Origin: Rhizophagus irregularis
Lineage: Eukaryota
Direction: 5' to 3'
DNA length: 64,000 nt
Assembly: GCF_026210795.1 (NCBI RefSeq)
Contig: NC_089429.1
Span: 4,898,001 to 4,962,000 of the forward strand
Shown: piece by piece, positions 1 to 13,534 of the stretch
Layout of the letters: the number at the start of each line of letters is the position of its first letter
Position numbering within the stretch: position 1 is the stretch's first letter
The notes under the pieces: generated by a model
Databases searched by the model: none
Told to the model about the DNA's origin: nothing
The model's input: the letters and a program-made list of their open reading frames with translations, nothing else
Program-made: the position numbers and the translations under genes

Positions 1-2830
1 TGGAACATTTTTGATAGAGAATTTTCTAAGAGTTCGTTTGAGAAATGGTTTTTCGAGAATTTTTTAATTAAAAGGATCATTTAGGGCATTTTTTGATAGA
101 GAAGTTTCTAAGAGTTCGTTTAGGGAAATTATTTTTTGAATTTTTTAATTAAGGGGATCGTTTAGGGCATTTTTTGATAGAGAATTTTCTAAGGATTCAT
201 TTGGAGAGATTATTTTTGAGAATTTTTTAACTAAAGGGAACGTTTGGAACATTTTTGATTGAGAATTTTCTAAGAGTTCGTTTGGAAAATGGTTTTTCGA
301 GAATTTTTTAATCAAAAGGATCATTTAGGGCATTTTTTGATAGAGAATTTTCTAAGAGTTCGTTTAGGGAAATTATTTTTTGTATTTTTTAATTAAGGGG
401 ATCGCTTAGGGCATTTTTGATAGAGAATTTTCTAATGATTCGTTTGGAGAGATTGTTTTTGAGAATTTTTTAATTAAAGGGAACGTTTGGACATTTTTGA
501 TAGAGAATTTTCTAAGAGTTCGTTTGGAAAATGGTTTTTCGAGAATTTTTTAATCAAAAGGATCATTTAGGGTATTTTTTGATAGAGAATTTTCTAAGAG
601 TTCGTTTAGGGAAATTATTTTTTGAATTTTTTAACCAAAGGGACCGTTGGAACATTTTTTGATAGAGAATTTTTTTGATAGAGAATTTTCTAAGAGTTGG
701 TTTGGAAAAATTATTTTTTGAGAATTTTTTAACTAAAGGTATCATTTGATAGAGAAATTTCTAAGAGTTCGTTTAGGGAAATTATTTTTTGTATTTTTTA
801 ATTAAGGGGATCGCTTAGGGCATTTTTGATAGAGAATTTTCTAATGATTCGTTTGGAGAGATTGTTTTTGAGAATTTTTTAATTAAAGGGAACGTTTGGA
901 CATTTTTGATAGAGAATTTTCTAAGAGTTCGTTTGGAAAATGGTTTTTCGAGAATTTTTTAATCAAAAGGATCATTTAGGGCATTTTCTGATAGAGAATT
1001 TTCTAAGAGTTCGTTTAGGGAAATTATTTTTTGAATTTTTTAACCAAAGGGACCGTTGGAACATTTTTTGATAGAGAATTTTTTTGATAGAGAATTTTCT
1101 AAGAGTTGGTTTGGAAAAATTATTTTTTGAGAATTTTTTAACTAAAGGTATCATTTGATAGAGAAATTTCTAAGAGTTCGTTTAGGGAAATTATTTTTTG
1201 TATTTTTTAATTAAGGGGATCGCTTAGGGCATTTTTGATAGAGAATTTTCTAATGATTCGTTTGGAGAGATTGTTTTTGAGAATTTTTTAATTAAAGGGA
1301 ACGTTTGGATATTTTTGATAGAGAATTTTCTAAGAATTTGTTTGGGAAATGGTTTTTCGAGAATTTTTTAGCTAAAAGGATCATTTAGGGCATTTTTTGA
1401 TTGAGAATTTTCTAAGAGTTCGTTTAGGGAAATTATTTTTTGAATTTTTTAATTAAGGGGATCGTTTAGGGCATTTTTTGATAGAGAATTTTCTAAGGAT
1501 TCGTTTGGAGAGATTATTTTTGAGAATTTTTTAACTAAAGGGAACGTTTGGAACATTTTTGATAGAGAATTTTCTAAGAGTTCGTTTGAGAAATGGTTTT
1601 TCGAGAATTTTTTAATTAAAAGGATCATTTAGGGCATTTTTTGATAGAGAAGTTTCTAAGAGTTCGTTTAGGGAAATTATTTTTTGAATTTTTTAATTAA
1701 GGGGATCGTTTAGGGCATTTTTTGATAGAGAATTTTCTAAGGATTCGTTTGGAGAGATTATTTTTGAGAATTTTTTAACTAAAGGGAACGTTTGGAACAT
1801 TTTTGATTGAGAATTTTCTAAGAGTTCGTTTGGAAAATAGTTTTTCGAGAATTTTTTAATCAAAAGGATCATTTAGGGCATTTTTTGATAGAGAATTTTC
1901 TAAGAGTTCGTTTAGGGAAATTATTTTTTGAATTTTTTAACCAAAGGAACCGTTGGAACATTTTTTGATAGAGAATTTTTTTGATAGAAAATTTTCTAAG
2001 AGTTGGTTTGGAAAAATTATTTTTTGAGAATTTTTTAACTGAAGGTATCATTTGATAGAGAAATTTCTAAGAGTTCGTTTAGGGAAATTATTTTTTGTAT
2101 TTTTTAATTAAGGGGATCGCTTAGGGCATTTTTGATAGAGAATTTTCTAATGATTCGTTTGGAGAGATTGTTTTTGAGAATTTTTTAATTAAAGGGAACG
2201 GTTGGACATTTTTGATAGAGAATTTTCTAAGAATTTGTTTGGGAAATGGTTTTTCGAGAATTTTTTAACTAAAAGGATCATTTAGAGCATTTTTTGATTG
2301 AGAATTTTCTAAGAGTTCGTTTAGGGAAATTATTTTTTGAATTTTTTAATCAAGGGGATCATTTAGGGCATTTTTTGATAGAGAATTTTCTAAGGATTCA
2401 TTTGGGGAGATTATTTTTGAGAATTTTTTAACCAAGAGATCGTTTGAAATATTTTTGATAGAGAATTTTCTAAGAGTTCGTTTGAGGAGATTATTTTTAA
2501 GAATTTTTTAACCAAAGGGATCGTTTGGGACATTTTTTAACAGAAAATTTCTAGGAGTTCATTTGGGGAAATTATTTTTTGGGATTTTTTTTAACTAAAG
2601 GGATCATTTGGGACATTTTATTTTTAATAAAGAAATTTCTAAGAATTCATTTGGGAGATTTTTTGAGATTTTTTTAATAAATCTTCTAAGGGTTCATTTG
2701 GAGAGATTTTTTAAAAAAAATTTTTAACTAGAGGGGTCATTTCAAATATTTTTTTGATGAAAAATTTTCTAAGGGTTCATTTGGAAAGATTTTTTTTTTT
2801 TGATAATTTTTTAATTGAAGGGGTCGTTTG
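1..2830. repeat. Satellite array, ~82-bp monomer with higher-order repeats; runs off the left window edge
   Basis: GATAGAGAATTTTCTAAG recurs at 13, ~95, 176 and onward. A 409-bp higher-order unit is shown by near-identical spurious ORFs at 563 and 972, with a further copy at 1869. The array decays after ~2450. Confidence 0.95.
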
Positions 2831-3989
2831 GATTGAGAAATTTTTGTTTTACGACGTAATTTTACCAAATTTAATTATAAATGTATTCAGGCTATAAAAT
2901 AACATGTGGTAAGTTACGTAATATTGTTATCATGTGATGACATGATTTAAATATTTACATTTCGCATTTTTGTTTATCTTATTAAAACCTTTTCTTCGTT
3001 CTCAATTTTTTTTTTACTTAAAAAACAATTTTTTATCTATTTAATATATCCAGAAATACATATTTTTATATTTTTTTTTTATTTGTTATATCTAGAAATG
3101 CATAAAAAGGTATATATTACTAATATTTCTTTTCTTTATTAATGTTTTTCTACTAATTTTTTTCGTTTCTTTCTTTCCTTTTACTAATACTCCTACTAAT
3201 ATATTTTCTATTATTTTTTTCTACTATATTAACATTTCTACTATTTAATATTTTCTATTAATATTATATTACTACTGATATACGTTCTCTTTCTACTAAC
3301 ATTTTTTATTCTATTAACTTTTTCTTTCTGCTAATGTTTCTACTAATATTTTCTATATTTATATATCTATACTAATATTTTTTAATAACATTCTCTTTTC
3401 TCTTACTAATATATTTATCATTAATGCTTCTTTTAAATAATCAAACAGGTATAAGCAAACAAGTGATTTTATTTTTATGCTACTTTTAGTAGAAGTTATA
3501 TATTATATATATTTATTCAAATATTCAAGTATAATTAGTATAATTGTTTTTTTTAATTAAAAAGTGTAAATAAATTTAAATTGTAATAAAGTTTTGAATT
3601 AAAATTAAAAAAAAATATAAATTATGATTGCATTTTATAATTTTTTTGCCTGAATTAAATTATAAATCTACTAGTATTAATACGAAATCATTATCCTATA
3701 TCTATCCGTCTGATATCTGTATGATATCTGTATGATATCTATATGATATATATCATAATATATCGGGTACCCAATAAGTCTATGATATGTGACCGATATT
3801 TAACTACCCGATATGTGTAAGATGTATATGTGATATTTACATGATGTGTCACCGTTTTTCTGCATTTCTACTACACATATCGGGTACCTGATATGTGTAG
3901 CATTGTTAAATATCATACACATATATCACATATATTGTACACATATCAAGTACCCGATAGGTATCCGATAGTATTAATTTTGACCAGTG

Positions 3990-6900
3990 ATATAACATAT
4001 TTATATTACATTATAAATTATAGTAAAGAAAATGTATAACAAACTTTACCAATTATTATAATTTATTATTTTAATTGCTATAAAGTTTATTTATATTATT
4101 ATATAAGTCAGTATATCTATGAAAGTTATATAAACATATTTGTTTAATGCAATTTAACATTTAAAAATAATTTGTTTTTATTTATTAATATTAAATACAA
4201 ATTACTTAAAAATTGCCAGAATATTAGATCCTTTAATTATTTTTTAAAAATTATCTATTAAATAAAATATTGATTTTTTTTTGTTTTTCATTTACTCTTT
4301 TTATTAGATCTAAAAATTGTCAAAATATTTAATTATTAATACATTATATATGCATAAAAGTTATATAAACCTATTTAATGTAATTTAACAATTAACATTG
4401 ATTTTATTTTGATTTTATTTATTTTTTTATTTAATTCAAATTATTTTAAAAATTGTTAAAAAATTAAATGACTTGGCTCTTTTAATTATTAATATATTAC
4501 ATGTCTATTAGAAGTTAAATAAACATACCTATTTAATGTAATTAGTATTTATAAATTATCTTATCAATATAAAACTTTATTTATTTATTTGTTATTAAAC
4601 ACAATTTATTTTAAATATTGTTAGAAGAATTTTTCTATCATCAGGGTGATCACTAGTGACTGAAATTATGATGATTGAAGTTAGAAATTGGATCAACAAA
4701 ATTATTTATTAAAAAAAAAAATTGGGGATTTGCGAAAAAATGTACTAATAACATTTCTGTAACAATTACTGCAATATTTTTGTTGATCCAATTTCTAACA
4801 ATATTTAAAATAATTTGTATCTAATAATAAATAAATAAAAACAGAACAAAAATTAAGTTTTATATTAATAAGATAATTTTTAAATACTAAATTACATTAA
4901 ATAGGTATGTTTATTTAACTTCTATAAATATTTAATATACAAATAATTAAAAAAATCAAATCATTTAATTTTCTAATAATTTTTAAAATAAATTATAGTA
5001 TCTAATTAGAAAAAAAATAAAATCAAAAAAAAAATCAATGGCCTATTGATAAATAATTTTTTAATTGCTAAATTACATTAAATAGGTATGTTTATATAAC
5101 TTCTATGCATATGTAATGTACTAATAATTAAAGAATCTAATTTTTTAACAATTTTAGAATAATTTGTATCTAATAAAAGAGGAAGATAAAATAAAAAAAT
5201 TAATATTTTATTTAATAAATAATTTTAAATACTAAATTACATTAAATGCTAATATGTTTATGTAACTTCTATATATATTTTTATTTACTATTTAATTGAA
5301 TTAAATATTAGATATATTTATGTAATTACTACATATATTTAATATACTAATGACTAATCATTAAAAGATCCAATTTTCTGACAATTTTTAAATAATTGGC
5401 ATCTAATAGTAAAAAAAATAAAAAATTAAAAAATCAATATTTTTTTCAATAAACCAAATTTTAAATTCTAAATTCAAAACAAATAGTATATCTATACTAT
5501 AACTTATATAATAGTATATCAGTCAGTGGAAATGTCATTTCTCTTGCCGATCATTAATTAAAATAATTTTGTGTAACCATAATTGAATATATCACCACGT
5601 AGCTAAAAAAAGAAATTTTTAATACAATGCTTATACAAATTAAGTAAATTAATAGTTCATCATGTGTACTATAAATATTCGTCATCATTTCCTCTTTAGT
5701 AATATTTTTTTTTTCTTTACATATTACAAGAAAGTTCGTCTCAAAAATGAAGTTTTCCTCAAAATGCAACTTAAAGGTGGGTATAAAATACAATTTAAAT
5801 AACGCAAATATATGTAATTTTACGAGAAGAAAAAGATTTATTAAGTTAAAAAAGGCAGTTATTTAGGGAGATTTTGTGTAAACCGCAAAAAACCAATTTT
5901 TATAATAAAAAAAATTTTTCTTGATTTCAATAAAACTCTTAACAAAAGCTTTCTTAACCAGCAATTATTTCATTTTTAGGTATAATTTGGTAAAATGAAC
6001 AACTTTTGTTAAGCTTAGAATGGTGATTATTAAGCTAGATTTTTTGTTATTTATAAATTTTGTTGAATTTTTTAATTATAGTGCTAATAAAAAAAATTTT
6101 TTTTTATTAGAATAATACTATTTAGGCGTTATAAATGAGGTTTAATCGCAAAAATAGTTAAATATTATGTTTTTATTTGTTTATTTAAATTAGACATTTA
6201 ATGCTTAATTCTTAATATTACAGTAATCATGTAAATTATTATAACATTAAAAAAAACTTTAAAATTTTTAATTTTAGTTCGTTTAACAAGAAAATAAAAC
6301 AAAAATTATTTATTCATAGAAAAATTCTTATTGACTATTAGGTTTATTTACTTTGTTAAGTCATAAATACAAATAGTATAATATGAATAAGTAAAATATT
6401 TTTTTATATGTATAAAAAGTATCTAAAGTAGCATTAAAATAAAAGATATTTATTGAATATTTAAAAAAAAATAAGCAAAAGAATAAGGTTAAATAAATTT
6501 TCTTAATTTTTATTAGTTTGTTGTATTAAAATAACCATATAATTGACTACTTTCTTTGGCCAGATGCAACCGAATAAAGTGAAGTTTTTGACTTTTAAAA
6601 GGTTTAAAAATATTTTTCAAACCTTGAACGAACATGTTTACTATTGTTGGAAAAAATGTTACATTGCATAAATATGGTGTTACCTTTGACCTGAAAATTT
6701 CGATTTTAATGTAATTTGGGCCGGCATTACGAATTCGGCCAGAATTAAGAAAATTTCGGCCAGAATTAAGATCTGAAAATTGTCGATTTTAGCCATTTGT
6801 ACCAACTTTGGCCAACCTTAAGTTTACATATATACTATATGCCATATAGCCATACTGTCCCAATAATTTATATTGAGATATCATAGTACAAAAAATCTCC

Positions 6901-7225
6901 CTCTAATTTTTAGGGACATTTCCACTGACTGATATGTAATGAATTGAATAATTAATTGTTGAATTATATTAAAAAATCTTTATAGTAATTAAAATAATAA
7001 ATTATAATAATTGATATAATATAATTTATAAGTTTATTTATATATCTTCCTTATAAATTCTTAATGTGATATATATATGTTAACTTCCATAAATATGTAA
7101 TGTATTATTTTATAACAATTAAAAATGAATTATAGTAATTGGTAATATTATATCAATTATAAAATTTGTAAATTTTCTTTACAAAATTTACATAATATTT
7201 ATAAAACACAATGTTTATATATCAT
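3990..7225. mobile_element. Foldback-like element: long modular AT-rich inverted arms, centre ~4740-4770 (outer limits approximate)
   Basis: 4490-4625 is the reverse complement of ~4790-4960. GAAATTGGATCAACAAAA (4684) mirrors TTTTGTTGATCCAATTTC (~4778). The outer arms ~3990-4090 match ~6975-7225. Confidence 0.65.
5520..6931. mobile_element. Non-autonomous TIR DNA transposon (1.4 kb) nested in the foldback arm
   Basis: Perfect 17-bp TIRs CAGTCAGTGGAAATGTC / GACATTTCCACTGACTG, flanked on both sides by ATAT; no transposase ORF. Confidence 0.85.
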
Positions 7226-7452
7226 GTCTATTATTTGGTTAAATACACTAAAATGCTAAAAGTTAACTTGGCATCAAGTAATTACGGAAAGATAAAATAT
7301 AGCTTGTTGGATTATTTTTTGAGATATCTTAAATGGTGGTAGTTTTATACCTTTAGAATTAATAAATAATAAGATATTAACATTATTTATTGAAAGAATT
7401 TTTTATATTCTTAAATATTTATAAATGCTAATAACTTTTTATTTAATGATAA

Positions 7453-7758
7453 GGCCACACAAATTCAAATTTTCGGTTCACTTCATCCAGCTGGGTCACT
7501 TTTTCAAATTTCAATAAAAAAAAGTTAATATATAAAAAATTTATCACATGATCAGGACATAATTTTATTGGTGGGTAAGTTTATCATGCGGCTGAAAACT
7601 TCTAGAGTGAAAATAAATTCCTCCCTTCTAAAAGTCAACCAATCAAATGTCACAATTATATATATAAACTTTTTTTACTAATAAACAATAAACCTGGGTC
7701 TCCGTGTCAATTTTAAATTTCAATGTTACATGAACTGAAAAATTGAATTTGTGTGGCC
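7453..7758. mobile_element. PIF/Harbinger (Tourist-like) MITE
   Basis: TIRs GGCCACACAAATTCAA / TTGAATTTGTGTGGCC with TAA duplication. It sits inside an older inverted repeat (~7290-7345 vs ~7780-7835). Confidence 0.85.
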
Positions 7759-8184
7759 TAATAGAAATATGAAATTGCCACATTACCACCATTTAATATA
7801 TCTTAATAAGATAAAGCTAACAAGCTATAATTTATTTATTTATGATCACTGGATGATTAGTTAAAATATTTATGTTCATAATGCTGGCCAAATTTACAAA
7901 ATGGACATAAATGTCTGTTTTTATAATTCTGGTCAAATTTGCAAACCAGACTTTATATCCATTTTATAATTCTGGCCAAATAATTTTGGCCAAATTTTGC
8001 TGTGCAAAATTATTTTAAACCTGGTCAAATTAATGTGTAAACTTGAAAAAAAATTGCCTTTTTTATAGTTATAAGGTGATATAAAATATTTATTAATGAA
8101 GTTAGTAAATGAATATGCAGTCAAAAATTATAAAATTGCCTTATTTATAATTAAAATACTGGATGGTGGGTGCAAAAAATCAAA

Positions 8185-9300
8185 AATCATGGACATAAAT
8201 AATGTCTGTGCTTGACAAAGGTTATTATAAGACAAAGGATAAGCATAATAAATATTACAGACATAAATGTCTGTGCTTTACAAAGATTATCATAAATATA
8301 ACAAAAATCAAAGACATAAATGTCTATGCTTGACAAAGGTTATCACAAATATCATGGACATAAATGTCTGTGCTTGACAAAGGTTATCACAAATATCATG
8401 AACATAAATGTCTGTGCTTGACAAAGGTTATCATAAATATCATGGACATAAATGTCTGTACTTGACAAAGGTTATCATAAATATCACGGACATAAATGTC
8501 TGTACCTGACAAGTAGTATCATCATGAGCAATTGACAACAAATATCATGGTTATATATGACAAGAAGCATCATTAATAACAAATATCACAGACATAAATG
8601 TCCATACCTGACAAGGGGTATCATCATGAGCAATTGACAACAAATATCATGGTCGTATCTGACAAGGAGCATCATTAACAAAAATCACGGACATAAATGT
8701 CCGTACCTGACAAGTAGTATCATCATGAGCAATTGACAACAAATATCATGGTCGTATATGACAAGGAGCATCATTAACAAATATCACAGACATAAATGTC
8801 CGTACCTGACAAGGAGTATCATTATAAGCAATTGACAACAAATATCATGGTCGTATCTGACAAGGAGCATCATCAACAAAAATCACAGACATAAATGTCC
8901 GTACCTGACAAGTAGTATCATCATGAGCAATTGACAACAAATATCATGGTCGTATATGACAAGGAGCATCATCAACAAATATCACGGACATAAATGTCCG
9001 TACCTGACAAGGGGTATCATCATGAGCAATTGACAACAAATATCACAGCCATATCTGACAAGGAGTATCATCAACAAATATCACGGACATAAATGTCCGT
9101 ACCTGGCAAGGAGCATCATTATGAGCAATTGACAACAAATATCATGGTCGTATCTGACAAGGAGCGTCATCAACAAATATCACAGACATAAATGTCTGTA
9201 CCTGACAAGGAGTATCATCATGAGCAATTGACAACAAATATCACAGCCATATCTGACAAGGAGCATCATCAACAAATATCATGGATATAAATGTCCGTAT
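8185..9300. repeat. Minisatellite: 44-bp units grading into ~99-bp dimeric units carrying a palindrome
   Basis: 44-bp period at 8351/8395/8439 and ~99-bp period from 8483 to ~9300. Core ACGGACAT-AA-ATGTCCGT. Confidence 0.95.
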
Positions 9301-9496
9301 ATGACTATAAGTGAGTATAATAATATATTGTTGGATTAAATTAATTAGCATGATTTGTTTCTATGACACAGCATGACAAGTCAAAGTATATCACGGACAT
9401 GGGTTAAAACCATGGGCGGACCACGAAGGATATAACCTAGACACTTGAAACATGAAATGTAAGGTTAGAACCTTTGTTGATCGGTTGAATGGGGTG

Positions 9497-10081
9497 GGAA
9501 TTATTCCAACCGAAATAGTTTATAGTGCTTATCGAAATATAGCATTATTAAGTAATTTTAGTTTAAGTGATTTTCGTGGTAAAGCTATTAATGAATCAAA
9601 TTGTGTTTGGGATGAGACAGCATGTGGGCCAAAGCTTATTATTAAGGATAACGGAAAAATTGTACAGGCACTAGAAGGTTGTAACTCACACCAAAATGTT
9701 AGAGCTAAGATAACTTTAGAAAATAAAGGCATTTTTGAATGGGATGTTATTATTGAGAAAGCTTGTTCTTATTCTTGGGTTGGAGTATGTGCATCAGAAA
9801 ATTTCAATTATGAAATACCTGCAGGAAAACAATCTACTGGATGGGTATTGGGTTCTGGTAATTATGTTCGTAATTCTGGAATTAACATAGAAAATTATTG
9901 TCCTTCATTTGGAGATGGCACAAAAGTTACAGTTCATTTAGATATGAATAAGAGAACTTGCTCTTTTTCAATCAATGGTATAAAGTATCGAGAAGTATCA
10001 GAATGGAATTTACCATCAAAACTTTATCCAGTAGTATCTTTATTTTATCCTGGTCGCTTTCGAATTCAACCTCATAAATAA
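9497..10081 (+). pseudogene. 5'-truncated BTB-SPRY paralog (SPRY domain only, frame still open from ATG 9452)
   Basis: From GIIPTEIV onward it aligns with the C-terminal ~195 aa of the intact paralogs. The upstream 15 codons are unrelated sequence. Confidence 0.85.
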
Positions 10082-13000
10082 ATTAGAACATAGTATTTTT
10101 TCTTACAAATATATTACTTTTTTAAGTTAGTGTATATTCATTAATTATTTATTAGGGTGAACAAATTGACAATATAAAAATATGTGAATGGTTTATTAGA
10201 GGTTGGCGAATTTGTTAGCCGAGTAAAATAAATTATAGGTTTTTATAAAATCAAATTTATCAATGACATATGAAGCCACGCTTCATTTTTCGAAAATTTT
10301 GTTAGAACGGTTACAAAATTACCTTATTTCGCGATCATCATAATCACATCTTCGCTGATTCTTAAAAAATGTTGAGAATATCTTAAGGACTAAACATGAT
10401 ATGAAGACCTAATCCAATATTATTAAATGATCTTTGGACAAATTTAGACTGGATTCAAAATTGGTAGATAATTAATACTTCTCGATAAATAATTCTGGAG
10501 TATGGCTAATAACGATTATATATTTTCGAAGTAAAACACAGTATAAATTAAATTGTAAAAAGTCTCGCTATGATCTATATATGAATATTCTTCAAATTTC
10601 TATATCCATCAAGGTTTCAAATGATATTGTTTTATTGAATAGACATTAATGTTCCAAATTATTCAAACTTAAGATTTAATTTCATCGTGATATCCATAAA
10701 ACAATTATTAGAATCAAGTAACAAGTTATTTTTTTTCTAATTTATAAATTTAGTAATTATTTATTGGATATCACATAGTAAATACAGTTACATTGGATTT
10801 ATTTTATGTTTTTTATTAATAAAAATACATTACTCAAATCTGGTTAAAACTATTTTAATGTTGGTTTTTTACTTTAATTATAATTATAACCCAATCAGTT
10901 AAGTCGGTCGATATCAAAGAGCTTATTTTTCCATAATCTGAAGTTTTGTATTGTAAAAAATAACCAATCTTTGATATAACTTTAAATGTACTGTACCACG
11001 CTAATGTGTATAAAATCAGAATAAGTATTCATTAACATTTAACTTCTACTAATTGTCTGGAACAAAGAAAAGGACTATGATATAATTCTGTATGTCTACA
11101 CACTATGAAAAATGATTGTTCACGTGTATTCTATCCCTACCCAATGAAATCGCTCCGGACTTACAATGGGTTTTCCGTTTCCTAGTATAAATGGATTATA
11201 CTGTAAATAATACATTTTATATTAAAAAAGAGTTGTAATGTTACATTTTCTCTTCTACTCAACATGACTCCAAAAGTTTTAATGAAAATTTTTAACCAAT
11301 AGTTCCAAGCAAGTGGATATATTTTCTATATTATATAACTGTGGTATGGACCTTACATAATATGAGAATTTCTAAAGTTGTATTCTATAACCGAGTAAGC
11401 ACATATTGATGAAATATAATCATAGGATATTTGAGAATGTAATGAATATGGTAAATATCAAAAATTCCAGAATAAAGAAATAATCCAATCACAATTCTAT
11501 GCAAGCCAATTGAAAATATAGAGATATGAAGATATGAAAAATAGAAATTCCTGTGTAATGGGACGTTTAGGTTAACCGTATAAATAATTTTTGAATTACG
11601 CGACACGTGATTCGTCTGCGCCTGATCTATTTCATGTTCTGACTTTGATAAGTCGTGGGATTACCACATGTAAGAAAAGCTATACTATAAATCACGCAAA
11701 CGTTCAGGTCGTCAATCGCGAAAACCAACGACGAATCGGTCTCTTATTCGTGAATGACATTACTCCTATAAAGAGGATCCAATACTTACAACCGTTCAAA
11801 TCTAACAGCCATTTCGTCCCATTACGGGTCATTTGTATTATATCAAATTATTTATATTCAGGAGGATGGACTTCCTTTGTAAATTTATATAGTACATCGA
11901 ATTATTTTTATAGGACACATTCTGATTTTTTTATTTTTTTTTATTCTTTTTTTTATTCTTTTCACGCTTTAGATAGTTTAATTATTTCTTTTCCTCATTT
12001 ATTTTATGATATCGATATAGAAATTAGGTTACGCCTCAGATTTTTAAATATCAGTCAGGACGACTCCGCTAGGGAGTTAGGTATTTAACGTTATGTATAC
12101 TAGTTTAGTCAATGGTGGCAACTTGCAGGGATTTCCCTTGTTATTGCCCCAGTCTATGTCTATATTTAATAAAATAAAACTGATTTAAATAATTTAAATA
12201 GTAAATTTTTTTTTAGTTCCCGGTAAACATTAATATTAATGATTTAAGTTAATGATTTTTTTTTAGTAAGAATTTTTTATAGCAATGGATTACGTTTATA
12301 AGATTTTTAATAACAATAGATCGATAGATAATTTTAGTATAATTTCATTGGAAATTTTTTTTAACAAGGGAGGTTTTTCTCGATAGAGAATTTTGTTAGA
12401 AGATTTTTATAACAGAAGAGATTTTTTTTAATAGAGAATTTTGTTAGAGAATTTTTTTTTAATAGGGAGTTTTTTTTTTAATCTTAAAGAATTTTTCAAG
12501 TTTTTTTTGATAAATGATTTTGCTGAAATTTTTTTTTCATTGTAGAATTTTTTTTTCATAAGATTTTTTTTTTTTTTTTTTTGATAGATCATTTCGTTAA
12601 TAAATTTTTTTACTGTAACAGGGGAGATTTTTTTCTTGATAGAGAATTTCGTTAAAGATTTTTCTTTAATAGGAGGGAAGTTTTTTGATATAGAAATTCT
12701 TTTGAGAATTTTTTTAATAATTTTTTTTCAATTTTTTTTAATAAGGAAAATGTATTTTTTGATGGAAGTTTATTTTTATTGAGAATTTCATTAGAAAACT
12801 TTTTCTTTAATTACTGATCCGTTTAAAATCGGCACTTTTTTCGGAGTTAATTAACGGTTAAATTTAAGCAAAAATCGCACAATTGTAAGAAAACTACATA
12901 ATACTAGAGAAGGGAATAATTCATTATATATAATAAAAATTATATAATATATGTAAAAAAACCCAAGGAAAAATAATATGCTAAAATATTTGTACCTTTA

Positions 13001-13095
13001 TTATTGAAAAAAACAACTTTACATTTCACGCGCGTCAGATTTAACTTTTATATGTGAATTTTGATAACCTTTTATTATATTATTATATTTAAACA

Positions 13096-13534
13096 TGGGT
13101 AACGAAACTGAAACTTCCCAAAACTCTGTCGGTTTCGGTATATACGAAATAGAGTTTCGGAAATGCATATATTTTTCCGAATCCCGAATCCCGACCCGAA
13201 ACCGAAATATGCCCAAAATTTTTATTAGTTTTCCTTACAGTAAATCTTAAATAAAGGTATCAAGTTCAATTTCTAATAGTTTGTTCACTATTAAATTATT
13301 TCTAACATTAAATCCAAATTAACTATATAACTATTAGGGTAGAATTTGTTCACTCCATTATATTCCTCAATCCTCACATAGCGTCGGGTATTATGGATTT
13401 CTTGATGATTATTGAGCACGTGATTTCGTCAATATGACGTATGGCACAGTTGTTTAAGCAATTTAATTGGGTAATGCTGGTTTCGGGATATCGGGATAGG
13501 TTTCGGAATATCGGAAGTTGTTTCGAGTTTCGGT
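13096..13534. mobile_element. Truncated MITE-like fragment with CCGAAA/TTTCGG subterminal repeats
   Basis: CGAAAC/CCGAAA clusters at 13100-13210 and inverse GTTTCGG clusters at 13480-13534; right terminus not found. Confidence 0.45.

Noticed and set aside
563..2051. Three near-identical 60-aa ORFs
   Set aside because: By-products of the satellite higher-order repeat; no coding signal.
3670..3989. CACTG-ended transposon with GGGTACC/ATATC repeats
   Set aside because: Only the right end is clear; no matching left TIR or TSD.
8480..9300. CRISPR-like array or 33-aa coding repeat
   Set aside because: The inter-palindrome segments are themselves repeated rather than unique spacers, there are no cas genes, the context is eukaryotic, and the frames contain stops.
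11554..12320. Solo LTR or 165-aa gene
   Set aside because: It is an insertion starting TGTAAT with a TATA-like box, but I found no convincing right terminus or TSD. The ORF has a TTG start and low-complexity content.
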